This document shows positions 1-10,124 of a stretch of DNA of 64,000 bases, one piece after another. The position numbers and the translations under genes are program-made. Location: NCBI GenBank assembly GCA_963813155.1, contig CAWEYG010000002.1, positions 576,001 through 640,000 of the forward strand, read 5' to 3'. Source of the DNA: an uncultured Acidobacteriota bacterium (lineage in GTDB: Bacteria; Acidobacteriota; Thermoanaerobaculia; UBA5066; DATFVB01). The notes beneath the pieces are model-generated. The model worked only from the letters and a program-made list of their open reading frames with translations. It made no database searches and was not told where the DNA came from. Position 1 is the stretch's first letter. Every line of letters starts with the position of its first letter.

Positions 1-54
1 CGAATCTCGTGCCACCGAGGAAGAAGCTAGCGGCCCGGCCGGGAGAAAGGAACC

Positions 55-267
55 TCAAATCCGAAACGTCTTCTCGGTCGCGGCGCGCCCCGCCATCGTG
101 CGCGCCTGGCGGCGATTCTTCGCGACCGCCTTCTTCAGCGCGGATCGCAGCCCCGTCATCATCGCCTCGCGGCTCTTCGCCTGCGCACCCACGCCCTGAA
201 TCTCTTCGACCCAGCCGAACCACCGCCCGTCGGTCTGGCAATAGACAGCCGTATATGTTTGTTTCAT
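55..267 (-). CDS. HicB-family antitoxin-like protein (short, no hicA seen)
   Basis: 70 aa; YTAVY..DGRWFGWVEEIQGVGAQAKSRE resembles the HicB N-terminal pattern; TATGAT -10 lies 6 nt upstream of the ATG. Confidence 0.65.
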   Translation of the reverse strand: MKQTYTAVYCQTDGRWFGWVEEIQGVGAQAKSREAMMTGLRSALKKAVAKNRRQARTMAGRAATEKTFRI

Positions 268-311
268 GGCGGGATCATACTCCCGCCGGCCGCCCGCGCC
301 CGGAACGCCCC

Positions 312-755
312 CTAACCCTTCCGGACTTCGCGATCCGCGCGAACCTTCTTCTGGTACTCGCGCATTCCGGCGACGCGCTCGGCTCCGCCCGGCGTTTCGG
401 CAACGAAGCGCTCGACGTTCGCGAGGAATCCCGCGTTGCCCGTCATCTCGCGGAAAGCGGGCACGTACTCGCCGATCTTCGCCCAGAGAAAGAACGCTTC
501 ACCGCCGGCTTCGACGAAGAGACCGCGGTGAACGACGCCCTGGTTCACGAACGAGGTCGCGATGTCCCAGTACCCGGCGACCATCCGCATGTAGGCGTCC
601 GGCGCCGAGTAGGCGTTGTGAAGGTCTTTCGCGGAGTCCGCGTAGAAGCTGCCGAACCAGCTGCGCGCCTCGCGGAGCTTGGTCTCCCGGCGCAAGTCGA
701 ACAGCTTCAGCACGAGATCGGCGTCCTGGTAGTTGGGGGAACGTGTGTCCGTCAT
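312..755 (-). CDS. Conserved hypothetical protein (DUF4760-like)
   Basis: MTDTRSPNYQDADLVLKLFDLRRETKLREARSWF..YWD; SD GAAGGAG upstream; the real gene is the C-terminal part of ORF 312..2198. Confidence 0.7.
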   Translation of the reverse strand: MTDTRSPNYQDADLVLKLFDLRRETKLREARSWFGSFYADSAKDLHNAYSAPDAYMRMVAGYWDIATSFVNQGVVHRGLFVEAGGEAFFLWAKIGEYVPAFREMTGNAGFLANVERFVAETPGGAERVAGMREYQKKVRADREVRKG

Positions 756-778
756 GAGTCTTTCTCCTTCCAAAAATG

Positions 779-2233
779 TCACAACCATCGAGACGTGACG
801 ACCTTCTTGTCCGTGTAGAACTCGAAGGCGTCCCGGCCGTGGACTTTCAGATCGCCGAAAAAACTGTCCCTCGCTCCGCCGAACGGGAAATACGCCATCG
901 GGGCCGCGACTCCCACGTTGATCCCGACCATCGAGGAAGGCGCGAGATGCGCGAACTCCCGCGCAGCCTTGCCCGAAGACGTGAAGATGGAAGCCGCATT
1001 CGCGTTCGGGTGCGCACGCATCGCTTCCAGGGCTCCCGCGAGGTCGTCGACCGGGCAAACCGAGGCGACCGGGCCGAAGATTTCGTCGCGAGCGATCGTC
1101 ATCGCCGGGTCGACCGAATCGAAGATGGACGGGCCGAGAAAGAAGCCGCCCTGAGCCATTCCCGGCGCGGCCCCGGGACGGCCGTCCAGGACGAGGCGGG
1201 CGCCCTCGGCGATTCCCTTCTCGATGTGGCCGACGACGCGGTCCCGGTGTCGCGCGCTGATGAGGGGTCCCATCTGCGTCCCGGTCTCCATTCCCGATCC
1301 GACCTTCAGCGCCCGGGCTGACTCGATCAGCCGGTCCCGTGTCGGGCCGTGCGCCCGGCCGACCGGGACGAGGACGCTCCCCGCCAGACAGCGCTCCCCG
1401 GCGCATCCGTAGAAGGACTCCGTGATCGCCGCGATCGCCCGGTCGAGATCGGCGTCCGGCATCACGACGACGTAGTTCTTCGCGCCGCCGAGGGCCTGGA
1501 CGCGCTTTCCCGCCCGCGTCGCCCGCTCGTACACGGCGCGCGCCACCGCGGTGGATCCCACGAAAGAAACGGCGCGTATTCCCGGATGGTCGCAGATCGC
1601 CTCGACCGCCTCGCGGCCGCCGTTGACGAGGTTGACCACCCCGGGCGGCAGGCCGCACTCGTCGAGCAGCTCGAAGATTCGGGCGAGCGACGTCGGGACC
1701 TGCTCCGACGGCTTGACGACGAACGTGTTTCCGCAGACGACCGCGAACGGCAAGAACCACAGCGGCACCATCACCGGAAAGTTGAAAGGCGCGATCGCGG
1801 CGCAAACGCCGATCGGCTGGCGATAAACCGCGCAGTCGACGCCCGTCGAGACGTTTTCCAGGCTCTGGCCCATCAGCATCGACGGCGCTCCACACGCGAC
1901 CTCGACGCATTCGATTCCGCGCCGGAGGCTGCCCCGCGACTCGTCGAGCGTCTTCCCATGCTCCCGCGTCACGAGTCGGGCGATCTCCTCGAAATGCTCT
2001 TCGAGCAGCGCGCGAAAGCGGAACATCGGCCGCGCCCGGGCCGCCGGGGACGCCTCGCTCCACTCGGGAAAGGCGCCCAGAGCGGCCTCGACGGCGGCGC
2101 CGACTTCTTCGCGCGTGGACATCGGGGTCCTCGCGATGACCTCGCCGATCGAGGGGTCGTGAACGTCGGCCATTTCCCGGGAGCCGGAGCGGATCCATCG
2201 GCCGTCGACGAAATTTCGGAGAACCGGAATCAT
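779..2233 (-). CDS. mmsA: CoA-acylating methylmalonate-semialdehyde dehydrogenase
   Basis: ALDH motifs PFNFP, KPSE, FVGST, ALGGAKN, GCAGERC, EIFGPV, FPFGG; C-terminal KVVTSRW. Confidence 0.9.
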   Translation of the reverse strand: MIPVLRNFVDGRWIRSGSREMADVHDPSIGEVIARTPMSTREEVGAAVEAALGAFPEWSEASPAARARPMFRFRALLEEHFEEIARLVTREHGKTLDESRGSLRRGIECVEVACGAPSMLMGQSLENVSTGVDCAVYRQPIGVCAAIAPFNFPVMVPLWFLPFAVVCGNTFVVKPSEQVPTSLARIFELLDECGLPPGVVNLVNGGREAVEAICDHPGIRAVSFVGSTAVARAVYERATRAGKRVQALGGAKNYVVVMPDADLDRAIAAITESFYGCAGERCLAGSVLVPVGRAHGPTRDRLIESARALKVGSGMETGTQMGPLISARHRDRVVGHIEKGIAEGARLVLDGRPGAAPGMAQGGFFLGPSIFDSVDPAMTIARDEIFGPVASVCPVDDLAGALEAMRAHPNANAASIFTSSGKAAREFAHLAPSSMVGINVGVAAPMAYFPFGGARDSFFGDLKVHGRDAFEFYTDKKVVTSRWL

Positions 2234-2272
2234 TCGAGAAAGCTTATCGCGGCCGGCAAGATTCCCGCGAGA

Positions 2273-2572
2273 TCAGCGTCCGTCGAGCTCGCCGTCGATC
2301 GGCGCGCCGCTCTCGGCGAGGGCGCACAGCCGGGACCAGCGGTCGGCTTCGGCCGCGAGGAGCTTCATCATGTCATCGCGGGCGCCCGGGCTGATCCCCG
2401 AATGCTTTCGCCTCTCGTGATCTTCCTGCAGCGCCCAGAACTTCCTGTCCTCGTCGCCGAAGATCGAGGCCGCCTCCGGCGTGAATCGCTTCTGCTTGCT
2501 CAGGGTGTTCTTGAATGCCGTCAGGAGGGAGCGAACCTCCCGGAACTTGTCGAGAAGAGGATCATGCGACAT
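2273..2572 (-). CDS. Hypothetical protein
   Basis: 99 aa of normal composition; GGAGG upstream. Confidence 0.55.
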   Translation of the reverse strand: MSHDPLLDKFREVRSLLTAFKNTLSKQKRFTPEAASIFGDEDRKFWALQEDHERRKHSGISPGARDDMMKLLAAEADRWSRLCALAESGAPIDGELDGR

Positions 2573-2599
2573 TGCGAACCGCCCTCCGGCCCGGCCGGC

Positions 2600-2845
2600 T
2601 CACCGGGCCGCTCGCTTCCCGCCCTGGAATTGTTCGACGTCGATCTCCATCTCCCAGAGCATCTCTTCCGAGCAGCCGTAATCGATCGGTCCGCTCCACG
2701 AGATGTAGTCGCCCCCGCTCTTCTTGAGCGCGACCCGCCGAATCGGCAGAACGGGGTCGTCTCCCCGGTGGCCGCGCTCCATCGCCAGACGGATCCGCTC
2801 GAGACCCGCGGGGGTGAACTGGGGCATGTTGAACCTGACTTCCAC
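2600..2845 (-). CDS. Hypothetical protein
   Basis: 81 aa; GGAGG SD immediately upstream of GTG. Confidence 0.55.
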   Translation of the reverse strand: MEVRFNMPQFTPAGLERIRLAMERGHRGDDPVLPIRRVALKKSGGDYISWSGPIDYGCSEEMLWEMEIDVEQFQGGKRAAR

Positions 2846-3090
2846 GGAAACCTCCGGTTACGGTCTTGATCGTTCGGGATTCAGCAGCGATGCTGTCAAA
2901 AGGCGAGCGATGCGGAAAACGCAAGCATACCATGCCTTTTCTCGGCTCGGGCTCGCGCCCGGCGGAGCCTTCCTCTGGCGGCGGGCGGGCCGACGCCCTA
3001 TGCTCGGGCGATGAAGATCGTCACTCGCCGAGCGGTTTCGTCCGCGGCGGAGATTCTGCTAACCTCCCCGCAGAAAACGCGGAGCGGCCC

Positions 3091-4299
3091 TTGGAACTGA
3101 CGGAAACCTTTCAGGGAGAGCTTCGGCAGATCCCCGTGCCGATGGTGCTTCATCGAATCGTCGGCGCCCGGGCGAAAGGCACCCTCACCCTCACGAAGCC
3201 CGGCGAAACGGTCCATCTCTTTTTCGTCGGCGGCGAGCTGAAAACCGCCGCGACGACGCGGAAGGGCATGCGGATCGGCGAGATGTTGATTCTGAACGGC
3301 GTCATCGAGGAAGAAAAGATCGAAGAGGCGATCCGCTCCGTCGAACCCGGCCGCCGGGGACGAATCGGACAGCTCCTGGTCGAAAAGGGACTGCTCACGC
3401 AGGACGTTCTCGATGGGGAGATCCGCAGGCATTTCGAGGAAATCTTCTTCTCGTGCTTCCTCTGGAAGGACGGCGAGTTTGCGTTCCTCCCCTCTCCGGG
3501 CGAGCTCGATTCCGGCGTCGCCGTCGACCTGCCGACCGCCGCCCTGATCATCGAGGGCGTTCGCCGGGTTCCGGAGCAGGATCGGGCTCTGGAAGCGCTC
3601 GGAGATCCCGCGAATTTCGGCAGGACGACGGACCTGGCCCTTCACGTCGACTCGCTCCGCCTCAACTCGGAGGAGGCCTACCTGCTCTCGCTTTGCGACG
3701 GCAAGACGCGGCTGCGCGACATCCTCCGACTCGGGACTTCCCGCGAGCAGACCGGCCAGACTCTCTACACGCTGTTCGCGTGCGGCCTGATCGAGTTCGC
3801 GCCCTCTTTCTTCGAGGGGCCGGCGCCGCCGCCCTTCGACGACAGCCCCCTCGTTCTTCCGATCGCGCAGCGCGGCGAACGGGAGTCCGACCCGAAGGTT
3901 CGCTTCGAGCAGGCCCGCGCCGGATACGTCGACGCCCTGGGTCTCCTCGAGAAGCGCGATTACTACGGGGCGATCCTCCTGCTCCAGGAAAGCGTGAGGC
4001 TCGCGCCGGAGAATTCGGAATATCGGTACCGGCTCGCCGGTGCCCTCTCGCACAACAAGAACTGGCGGCAACGCGCTCTCGACCAGTACCGGGAGGCCCT
4101 CCGGCTTGACCCGATGCGGCAGTCGCTGATGATCGATTACGCGGAGCTTCTCCTGCTGTGCCAGAGAGCGCCCGATGCGCTCCGGATCGCTCGGGCGCTG
4201 ATCGACCGCTACCCCGCCGAAACGAGCAACCGCGAATTGCTTCGGCGTTGCGAACAGGCGGCGCGCGAGCACCCCGGGTTTCGCGGCCTCACCGTTTGA
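3091..4299 (+). CDS. DUF4388 (PatA-N-like) domain protein with C-terminal TPRs
   Basis: FQGEL..IPVPMVL..GTLTL..LFFVGGE..RIGEMLI..WKDGEFAF, then TPR-like helices; the ORF is open from 2866, but TTG 3091 with GGAG upstream is preferred as start. Confidence 0.75.
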   Translation: MELTETFQGELRQIPVPMVLHRIVGARAKGTLTLTKPGETVHLFFVGGELKTAATTRKGMRIGEMLILNGVIEEEKIEEAIRSVEPGRRGRIGQLLVEKGLLTQDVLDGEIRRHFEEIFFSCFLWKDGEFAFLPSPGELDSGVAVDLPTAALIIEGVRRVPEQDRALEALGDPANFGRTTDLALHVDSLRLNSEEAYLLSLCDGKTRLRDILRLGTSREQTGQTLYTLFACGLIEFAPSFFEGPAPPPFDDSPLVLPIAQRGERESDPKVRFEQARAGYVDALGLLEKRDYYGAILLLQESVRLAPENSEYRYRLAGALSHNKNWRQRALDQYREALRLDPMRQSLMIDYAELLLLCQRAPDALRIARALIDRYPAETSNRELLRRCEQAAREHPGFRGLTV

Positions 4300-4316
4300 C
4301 ACCCACGTCTTGAAGC

Positions 4317-4346
4317 AAAAGGAAAAGGCGGGCACGAAGCCCGCCT
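4317..4346 (-). terminator. Rho-independent terminator of the RRM gene
   Basis: AGGCGGGC/GCCCGCCT stem followed by a T-rich tract on the minus strand. Confidence 0.8.
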
Positions 4347-4371
4347 CGAACATTCCGGATCCGAAGGGAAA

Positions 4372-4644
4372 TTAGTTCGCGGCGAGCGCGGGGGCGGGAG
4401 CGGCCTTCGAGCGCGCCTCGTTGACCGTGAGCGGCTTGCCGCCGTGATCTTTCCCGTTGAGTCCGGCGATCGCGGCCTTCGCCTCTTCGTCGCTCGCGAA
4501 TTCGGCGAAGCCGAAACCCTTCGCCTTGCCGGTGGCCTTGTCCATGACCAGGGCAACGCTGTCGGTCTTGCCGAACGGCGTGACGAGATCGCGGAGGTTC
4601 TGTTCCGTGGAATCGGGGGAGAGGTTGCCGATGTAGATTTTCAT
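4372..4644 (-). CDS. RRM-domain RNA-binding protein
   Basis: RNP2 IYIGNL and RNP1 KGFGFAEF; LTVNEAR. Confidence 0.92.
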   Translation of the reverse strand: MKIYIGNLSPDSTEQNLRDLVTPFGKTDSVALVMDKATGKAKGFGFAEFASDEEAKAAIAGLNGKDHGGKPLTVNEARSKAAPAPALAAN

Positions 4645-4799
4645 GGTCGAGCCCTTCTGCGCCGGCGGTCCGGCGTGTTGACGGCGATCAATCTGGGACG
4701 CAGCACTCGCCGACGCGTGTGGCGCCATCTCGCTTGGGATTCGTTCGAAAACTCAGCAGTTCTGAGAAGGGCGAGCGAAACGAGACCAGTTGCAGGATA

Positions 4800-5513
4800 T
4801 CACAACAACCTGGCTCGCAGGCTCGCGTACCACGCGCATTCGGCCCGAAGGGGACACGCCTCGCAGCGCGGATGCGCCGCCTTGCACAGCTCCTGGCCGT
4901 GCTGGCGCAGCAGCTGGTGGGCGCGGATCAGGAAATCGAAATCCGCGGGAAGCTCGGGCGCCGCCGCCTCGGTCGCGGAGCGATAGCTCTTGCCGTAGTT
5001 CCTGTCTTCGGTCCCGTAGCCGAGCCGCAGCAGCACGCGCAGCGCGTTGGAGTCGGGCGCGAGCGACGGAGCGCCGCGCGAAAAGAGAAGAATCTTGTCC
5101 GCTCCCGGCTCTCCGATTCCCGGAAAGCGCTTCAGGAGCCTTCGCGTACCCACTTTCGGCGCGCGGGACTCCGCGCGAAGCCGCTCGAGGCCCGCCTCCC
5201 GCGCGATCTCGGCCGCTTCCTGAAGCTTGCGCGCCCGGTCGAGCGGCCGCATTCCCCCGGACCCGATCGCCGCGGCCAGTGCTTCGAGCGGAGCGGCGAG
5301 GATTCGATCCGGCGAGACGCCGACCTTCCGGCGCAGCTCCCGAAACACCTCGCGCCGCCGCGCATCGTCCACCAGGTACGCGGCATTCTCGAAGAGCACG
5401 ACTTCGAACGGATCCGTGACCGGGAGCGGCGCGGGCTCGCCGTAAAACCTTGCGAGCTTTCCCACGAGCAATTGCAGCCGCCTCTGTTTTCTCACTTCCT
5501 GTTCACGAGGCAT
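4800..5513 (-). CDS. HhH-GPD / endonuclease III-like DNA glycosylase family protein
   Basis: DPFEVV, HhH motif FPGIGEPGAD, C-terminal [4Fe-4S] motif CKAAHPRCEACPLRAEC; start may be GTG 5495. Confidence 0.8.
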   Translation of the reverse strand: MPREQEVRKQRRLQLLVGKLARFYGEPAPLPVTDPFEVVLFENAAYLVDDARRREVFRELRRKVGVSPDRILAAPLEALAAAIGSGGMRPLDRARKLQEAAEIAREAGLERLRAESRAPKVGTRRLLKRFPGIGEPGADKILLFSRGAPSLAPDSNALRVLLRLGYGTEDRNYGKSYRSATEAAAPELPADFDFLIRAHQLLRQHGQELCKAAHPRCEACPLRAECAWYASLRARLL

Positions 5514-5582
5514 CGTAGCAGGGGCAAGCGGCTCGCGCCGGCCCGCGATTCGGGATACGCTGACCAAAAGGAGGGGCGCCCA

Positions 5583-5741
5583 ATGTCATTCAAATCCAGA
5601 GGCCTCGGGATGATCCTTCTCTCCATCTGGCTGATCCTGCTCGGTCTGCTTCCGCTCCTGTCGATTACGTTTGCCCACTCGGGTCAGCTGCTGGACGTTC
5701 TGGCCATTGCGGCCGGCATCTTCCTGCTCATGGGTCGTTAG
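5583..5741 (+). CDS. Small two-TM membrane protein
   Basis: 52 aa MSFKSRGLGMILLSIWLIL...; AAGGAGG SD. Confidence 0.75.
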   Translation: MSFKSRGLGMILLSIWLILLGLLPLLSITFAHSGQLLDVLAIAAGIFLLMGR

Positions 5742-5874
5742 CTACCCGGCAGGGTGAGGCACCAGCCGGCCGGCCTCACCCGCCCTTCACCCCGCTTTTT
5801 GGGCGTTTTCCTCGAAATTTCCAGCGTGGCACACATCTTGCGCTGAAAATTGGCGGCAGAGGAGACACAAGAAA

Positions 5875-6789
5875 ATGGAACGACACCCTTCCCGACGACG
5901 CTCGGCGATCTGGACTTTCGCGGCGCTCTTGAGCGCGGTTTCGGCCGCGGCAATCGGCGCTACTTCTTTCGAGCTTCCGCCGCTCGTCCAGCCGGCGACG
6001 AAGGATCTTCACGCGGGCAAGGTCGTCTGGGTCGACCTCGTCACGCCCGATCTCGACGGCGCCAAGCGCTTCTATTCGGGACTGTTCGGCTGGACGTACA
6101 AGGACATCCACACCGGCGACACGGACTATTCGGTCGCCCTGCTCGACGGGCAGCCCGTCGGCGGCCTCGTCCACCGGGCCGTGCCGTCGGGAGAACATCG
6201 GCAGCCGGCGTGGCTGACGTTCCTCTCCGTGCGCGACGCGGCAGAAGCGGAGCGCCAGGCACTTTCCCATGGCGGAAAGGTCCTGAGGAAGGCCAGTGAG
6301 TACCCCCGGCGCGGACGGCAGGAGATCTTCACCGATCCGCAGGGCGCCGTGTTCGCCGTGCTGCAATCCTCGAGCGGCGATCCCGCCGATCTCCTCGCCG
6401 AACCGGGCGACTGGATCTGGAGCTCGCTGATCACGAGCGATCCCGACGCGGGCGCCGCGTTCTACCAGTCGCTCTTCGGATACGAAGTCTTCGACCTGAA
6501 TGCCGCCGATCAGCGCGAGCACCTGTTGCTCGCGACGGACGGCTATGCGCGAGCGAGCGCGAGCCCGTTGCCGGATTCCGGCAAGAGTCACTCCCACTGG
6601 CTCAACTTCGTGCGAGTCGCCAGCGCCCGGGACTCGGCGGCGAAGGCCGCCGCGCTCGGCGGGCGGGTGCTCGTCGAGCCGCATGTGGACCGGCAGGGCG
6701 GAATGGTCGCGGTCGTCGCCGATCCGTCGGGCGCGCCCTTCGGCCTCCTCGAATGGTCGGATACCGAAAGCAAAGAGGTCACAAAATGA
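5875..6789 (+). CDS. Two-domain VOC (glyoxalase/bleomycin-resistance) family protein with signal peptide
   Basis: WVDLVTPDLDGAKRFYSGLFGW, DPQGAVF, second domain FYQSLFGY..DPSGAPFGL. Confidence 0.88.
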   Translation: MERHPSRRRSAIWTFAALLSAVSAAAIGATSFELPPLVQPATKDLHAGKVVWVDLVTPDLDGAKRFYSGLFGWTYKDIHTGDTDYSVALLDGQPVGGLVHRAVPSGEHRQPAWLTFLSVRDAAEAERQALSHGGKVLRKASEYPRRGRQEIFTDPQGAVFAVLQSSSGDPADLLAEPGDWIWSSLITSDPDAGAAFYQSLFGYEVFDLNAADQREHLLLATDGYARASASPLPDSGKSHSHWLNFVRVASARDSAAKAAALGGRVLVEPHVDRQGGMVAVVADPSGAPFGLLEWSDTESKEVTK

Positions 6790-7115
6790 AAATCACCTAC
6801 CGGCGCTGGGCAATCGGCGCGCTCGCGGCCGCGCTGCTCGCGGTCCTGTCGGGATGCGTCGCGACCGTCGACGACGGCCGCCGAGGCGGTTACGGAGTGG
6901 GCTACTACGAGCCGTATGGCCAGCCCTACGGCGGTTGGCCGTCGGGCTACCACGTCGCCCCTCCTCGCGGCGATCGCGACCGCGACACGCACAGCAGTCC
7001 GGCTCGCGAGGAGAACCGTTCCCGGAAATACCGGCCCGCGGACTCTTCCCGGCCGGTCCCCTCGCTTCCGTCCAAACGGCGTTCGAACGACCACGACCAC
7101 GATCACGGCAATTGA
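6786..7115 (+). CDS. Putative small lipoprotein
   Basis: Lipobox LSGC after a hydrophobic leader; Gly/Tyr-rich; ATGA overlap with the upstream gene. Confidence 0.65.
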   Translation: MKITYRRWAIGALAAALLAVLSGCVATVDDGRRGGYGVGYYEPYGQPYGGWPSGYHVAPPRGDRDRDTHSSPAREENRSRKYRPADSSRPVPSLPSKRRSNDHDHDHGN

Positions 7116-7142
7116 GAAGGGGGGAGGCCCGGCGGCCTCCCG

Positions 7143-7752
7143 TCACGCCTTCTCCAACACCCACGTCGTCATGCATCGCTGGCCGGATACGACGGTCGTC
7201 TTCAGCGGATCGAGCAGCCGGCCCCCGAGCTCCGCTGTCCAGTCGAGCAGATACCGCTCGTCCACCAGGTAGCGCTCGCTGCCGTCCGGCAGCCCGAAGC
7301 GTCTCCCCCCGATCGGCCGGAAGCGGTCTTCCATTCCGATCGTCGAGGCGAGACGGCAGAACATCAGGCCGCCCCGCTTCACGAGACGCCAGGTGCCGCG
7401 GAGCATCGCCTGGAACTGCGCTTCGTCGCGCGCGAAGTGAAGCACAGCGCTGCTCACCACGGCATCCGCGATCGCGTCGGGAAAACTGTTCGACTCGACC
7501 GCCTCTTCGCGGATGTTGGCAGAGGGAAGACTGCGGAGCGAGCTCCTGCAACAGCCGTCGCACCGCCCGGACGCTGTTCGCGTCCGGATCGAGGCCGTAG
7601 ACCTCATATGCCTCGCTCAGAAAGAACACGAGGTTGCGCCCGCTCCCGCAGCCGGCGTCGAGCATCGTCATTCCCGGCGCGATTCGCCCGCGCAGGATCT
7701 GGTCGAACAGGTAGATGTCGATCTGCCCGAAGAGCGAGGAAAGGTCGGTCAC
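7143..7752 (-). CDS. Class I SAM-dependent methyltransferase (frameshift near 7530)
   Basis: LDAGCGSGRN in one frame and VVSSAVLHFA..GGLMFCRLAS in another; a single indel joins them. Confidence 0.8.
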
Positions 7753-7782
7753 GCGAAGGTATGGTAGCAGGCCGGCCGCCGG

Positions 7783-8556
7783 CTACCGCGGGTACTGCGG
7801 CCCCGCGAGCTCGATCGTCCACAGCGGCCCGCCTTCGTAGAACTGGCTCTCGGATTTCGCGAAACCCGGCGCGTCTCCGACCGACGATCCACACGGAAGC
7901 GTCCTTCGGCTGTTTCCCGACGATCGGCGCGACCGCGCCGCGAGCCCGCGAAGGTCCACGTGGATGTTGAATCGCTCCGCCCGGTACGACTGCCGGCCGT
8001 TGGAAATCGTCTCGAATCCCGCGCGCGAGACCACGAGCTTCACGAGCCGCGGCTTCGGGGCGGCGACGAGCATCGGAAACGTCGTCGAGGCGATCTCGGG
8101 AGCAAGGTCTTTCAGGAGAGTCGACGGCAGACCGTTCGCCAGGTCGGGAGGAAGCTTCATCCGCTCGTCGAGGAATTTTTCCACGCCTTTCTCCGCGTAC
8201 TTCACGGTCACGCGACCGCTCTTTTCGTCGATCGACACTTCCATCGGACCCGGAAAGCTCGGGCCGCGCTGGACGAGGCGGTCGCTCACGAGCCGAAACC
8301 GCCCGCGCTGCGTGAAGACCGTCGTCTCGTCCTGCAGCGAGCCGTCCCGGAAATGGAAAACCAGGCGGCTCGTGACGCGGTCTCCCCGCGCGAACTGGAT
8401 CGAATCGCCGTCGGCGATCACGGCGCCGTCGGGACCTCGGAGAGCCAGAAATCCGCGCACGACGCCCTCCGGGTAGCGGACGGGCACGAAATCCCCGCGA
8501 AGAATCGCGCCGCCAGCAAGGAAGGCGAGAACAAAGAGCGCGAGCCGTCTCTTCAC
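7783..8556 (-). CDS. Secreted hypothetical protein (two compensating indels near 7880-7950)
   Basis: Signal-like MKRRLALFVLAFLAGG; the segment GAVAPIVGKQPKDASVWIVG lies in another frame. Confidence 0.7.
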   Translation of the reverse strand: MKRRLALFVLAFLAGGAILRGDFVPVRYPEGVVRGFLALRGPDGAVIADGDSIQFARGDRVTSRLVFHFRDGSLQDETTVFTQRGRFRLVSDRLVQRGPSFPGPMEVSIDEKSGRVTVKYAEKGVEKFLDERMKLPPDLANGLPSTLLKDLAPEIASTTFPMLVAAPKPRLVKLVVSRAGFETISNGRQSYRAERFNIHVDLRGLAARSRRSSGNSRRTLPCGSSVGDAPGFAKSESQFYEGGPLWTIELAGPQYPR

Positions 8557-8657
8557 GCAGCTTTCGAGAGCAAGACCCATACCGACGCCGGTCGGCTTTC
8601 CCGGTTGCCTTTTTTTCTCCTCCGGCATGGAATGCGCCCATGAGATCGAAATTCACA

Positions 8658-10111
8658 ATGCACGGATCCCGGTTTCTTCCGCTCGCCGCCCTCCTCCTCG
8701 CAGCGGGGTGCGCCTCGACGGGGCCGTCGGCCGGCCCGGGTCCGGCCGGGCGCCCGCGCCGTCGGAGCGCGCGACGCTCGGCATGGAGGGAAAGCCGATC
8801 ACGCGGCAGCTCCGCAAGAAGCTGGGCCTGCCGGCAAACCTCGTCGGCGTCGTCGCGGGAGACGTGCTTCCCGGCGGCCCGGCCGCGCTCGCGGGAGTTC
8901 GCCCGAACGACGTCGTCGAGCAGATCGGCGGCGCGAACATCCTCGTCGATTGCGATTTCCTCGACGCCGCGTTCAACCGCCCGTCCGGCCCGGTCGGCGT
9001 CGTCGTCCGCCGAGGGGCCTCGAAGCTCTCCCTGACGGTCGCCGCCGCGGGACAGGACGCTCTCTTCGCGAAGAGCTGCCGCGCAGGAGTCCTCGCGGCC
9101 TGCTTCCGACAGGCGTGGTCGCTCGCCGGCAGCCGCGATGCCGCCGACCGCGGGCGCTCGCTCGAGCTCTACGACTCCGCCTGCCGCGCCGGCTCCGCGG
9201 ACGCGTGCACGTACCGAGGCCTGTTCCTCAGCCGGGACGGCAACCGGGAGAGCGTCGCCGTCCTCGAGCGCGCCTGCGATCTCGGGAGCGGCGGCGGGTG
9301 CGCGACGCTCGCGTTTCTCCACGCAACTGGAAAGTTCGTTCCGAAAGACGACCGCCGCGCGAATTCGCTGTACGTGAAATCCTGCGTCCTCGGCGACGAG
9401 CAGGGCTGTTACAACGAAGGGTTGATGGCGGACGAAGCGCGCGGGACCAGCCGCGATCTCTCCCGGGCCGTCGCGCGATACCGCGAGGCGTGCGACGGAG
9501 GAAGCGCGCCCGCGTGCACGAACCTCGGATTTTTCTACGAGCATGGAAGCGGAGTCGGGAAGGATGCCGCGAAAGCGGCCGCGCTCTACAAGCGGGGATG
9601 CGACGGCACCACCTGCCAGCCCTCCAACCGGAACGGCTGCGTGAACCTCGGCCGCGCGTTCCGCGACGGCACGGGCGTCGCGAAGGACCCGTCGCGGGCG
9701 GCGCCGCTCTTCCGCGATGCGTGCAATCGCGACCTCGACGCGAACGACCCCGGTTCCGAAACGAACCGGTCGCGCGCGTGCTCGCTTCTCGGCGCGCTGT
9801 ACATCGACGGCGACGGTGTGGAGAAGGACTCCTCCAGCGCGCTCCGCCTCTCCGAGCTCGGGTGCGAGCGCGGAGACTCCTTCGGGTGTTTCAACGCCGC
9901 CGCGATCACGGGAATCGGCACCGAGCGGGACGCCGCGAAGGCGGCAGGGTTCCTGGAGAAAGCGTGCGACCTCGGCGACGGGGAGGGATGCTTCGACCTC
10001 GGGGTCGACTACGAGAAGGGACGGGGCGTCTCCGCGGACCGCGACCGCGCGAAGGGTCTCTTCCGGAAGGCCTGCCAGCTCGGGTTCCGGGAGGCGTGCG
10101 GGAGGAAGTAA
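8658..10111 (+). CDS. Lipoprotein with PDZ domain and Sel1-like repeats (frameshift near 8750)
   Basis: Lipobox AAGC in the 8640 frame; PDZ VLPGGPAALAGVRPNDVV; many AC..G...C..LG..Y..G.GV repeats. Confidence 0.8.
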
Positions 10112-10124
10112 GGGCCTCGCTCGC

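Noticed and set aside
9060-10100. Cys-rich repeats as multiheme cytochrome or RiPP
   Set aside because: No CxxCH motifs; the pattern matches disulfide-bridged Sel1-like repeats
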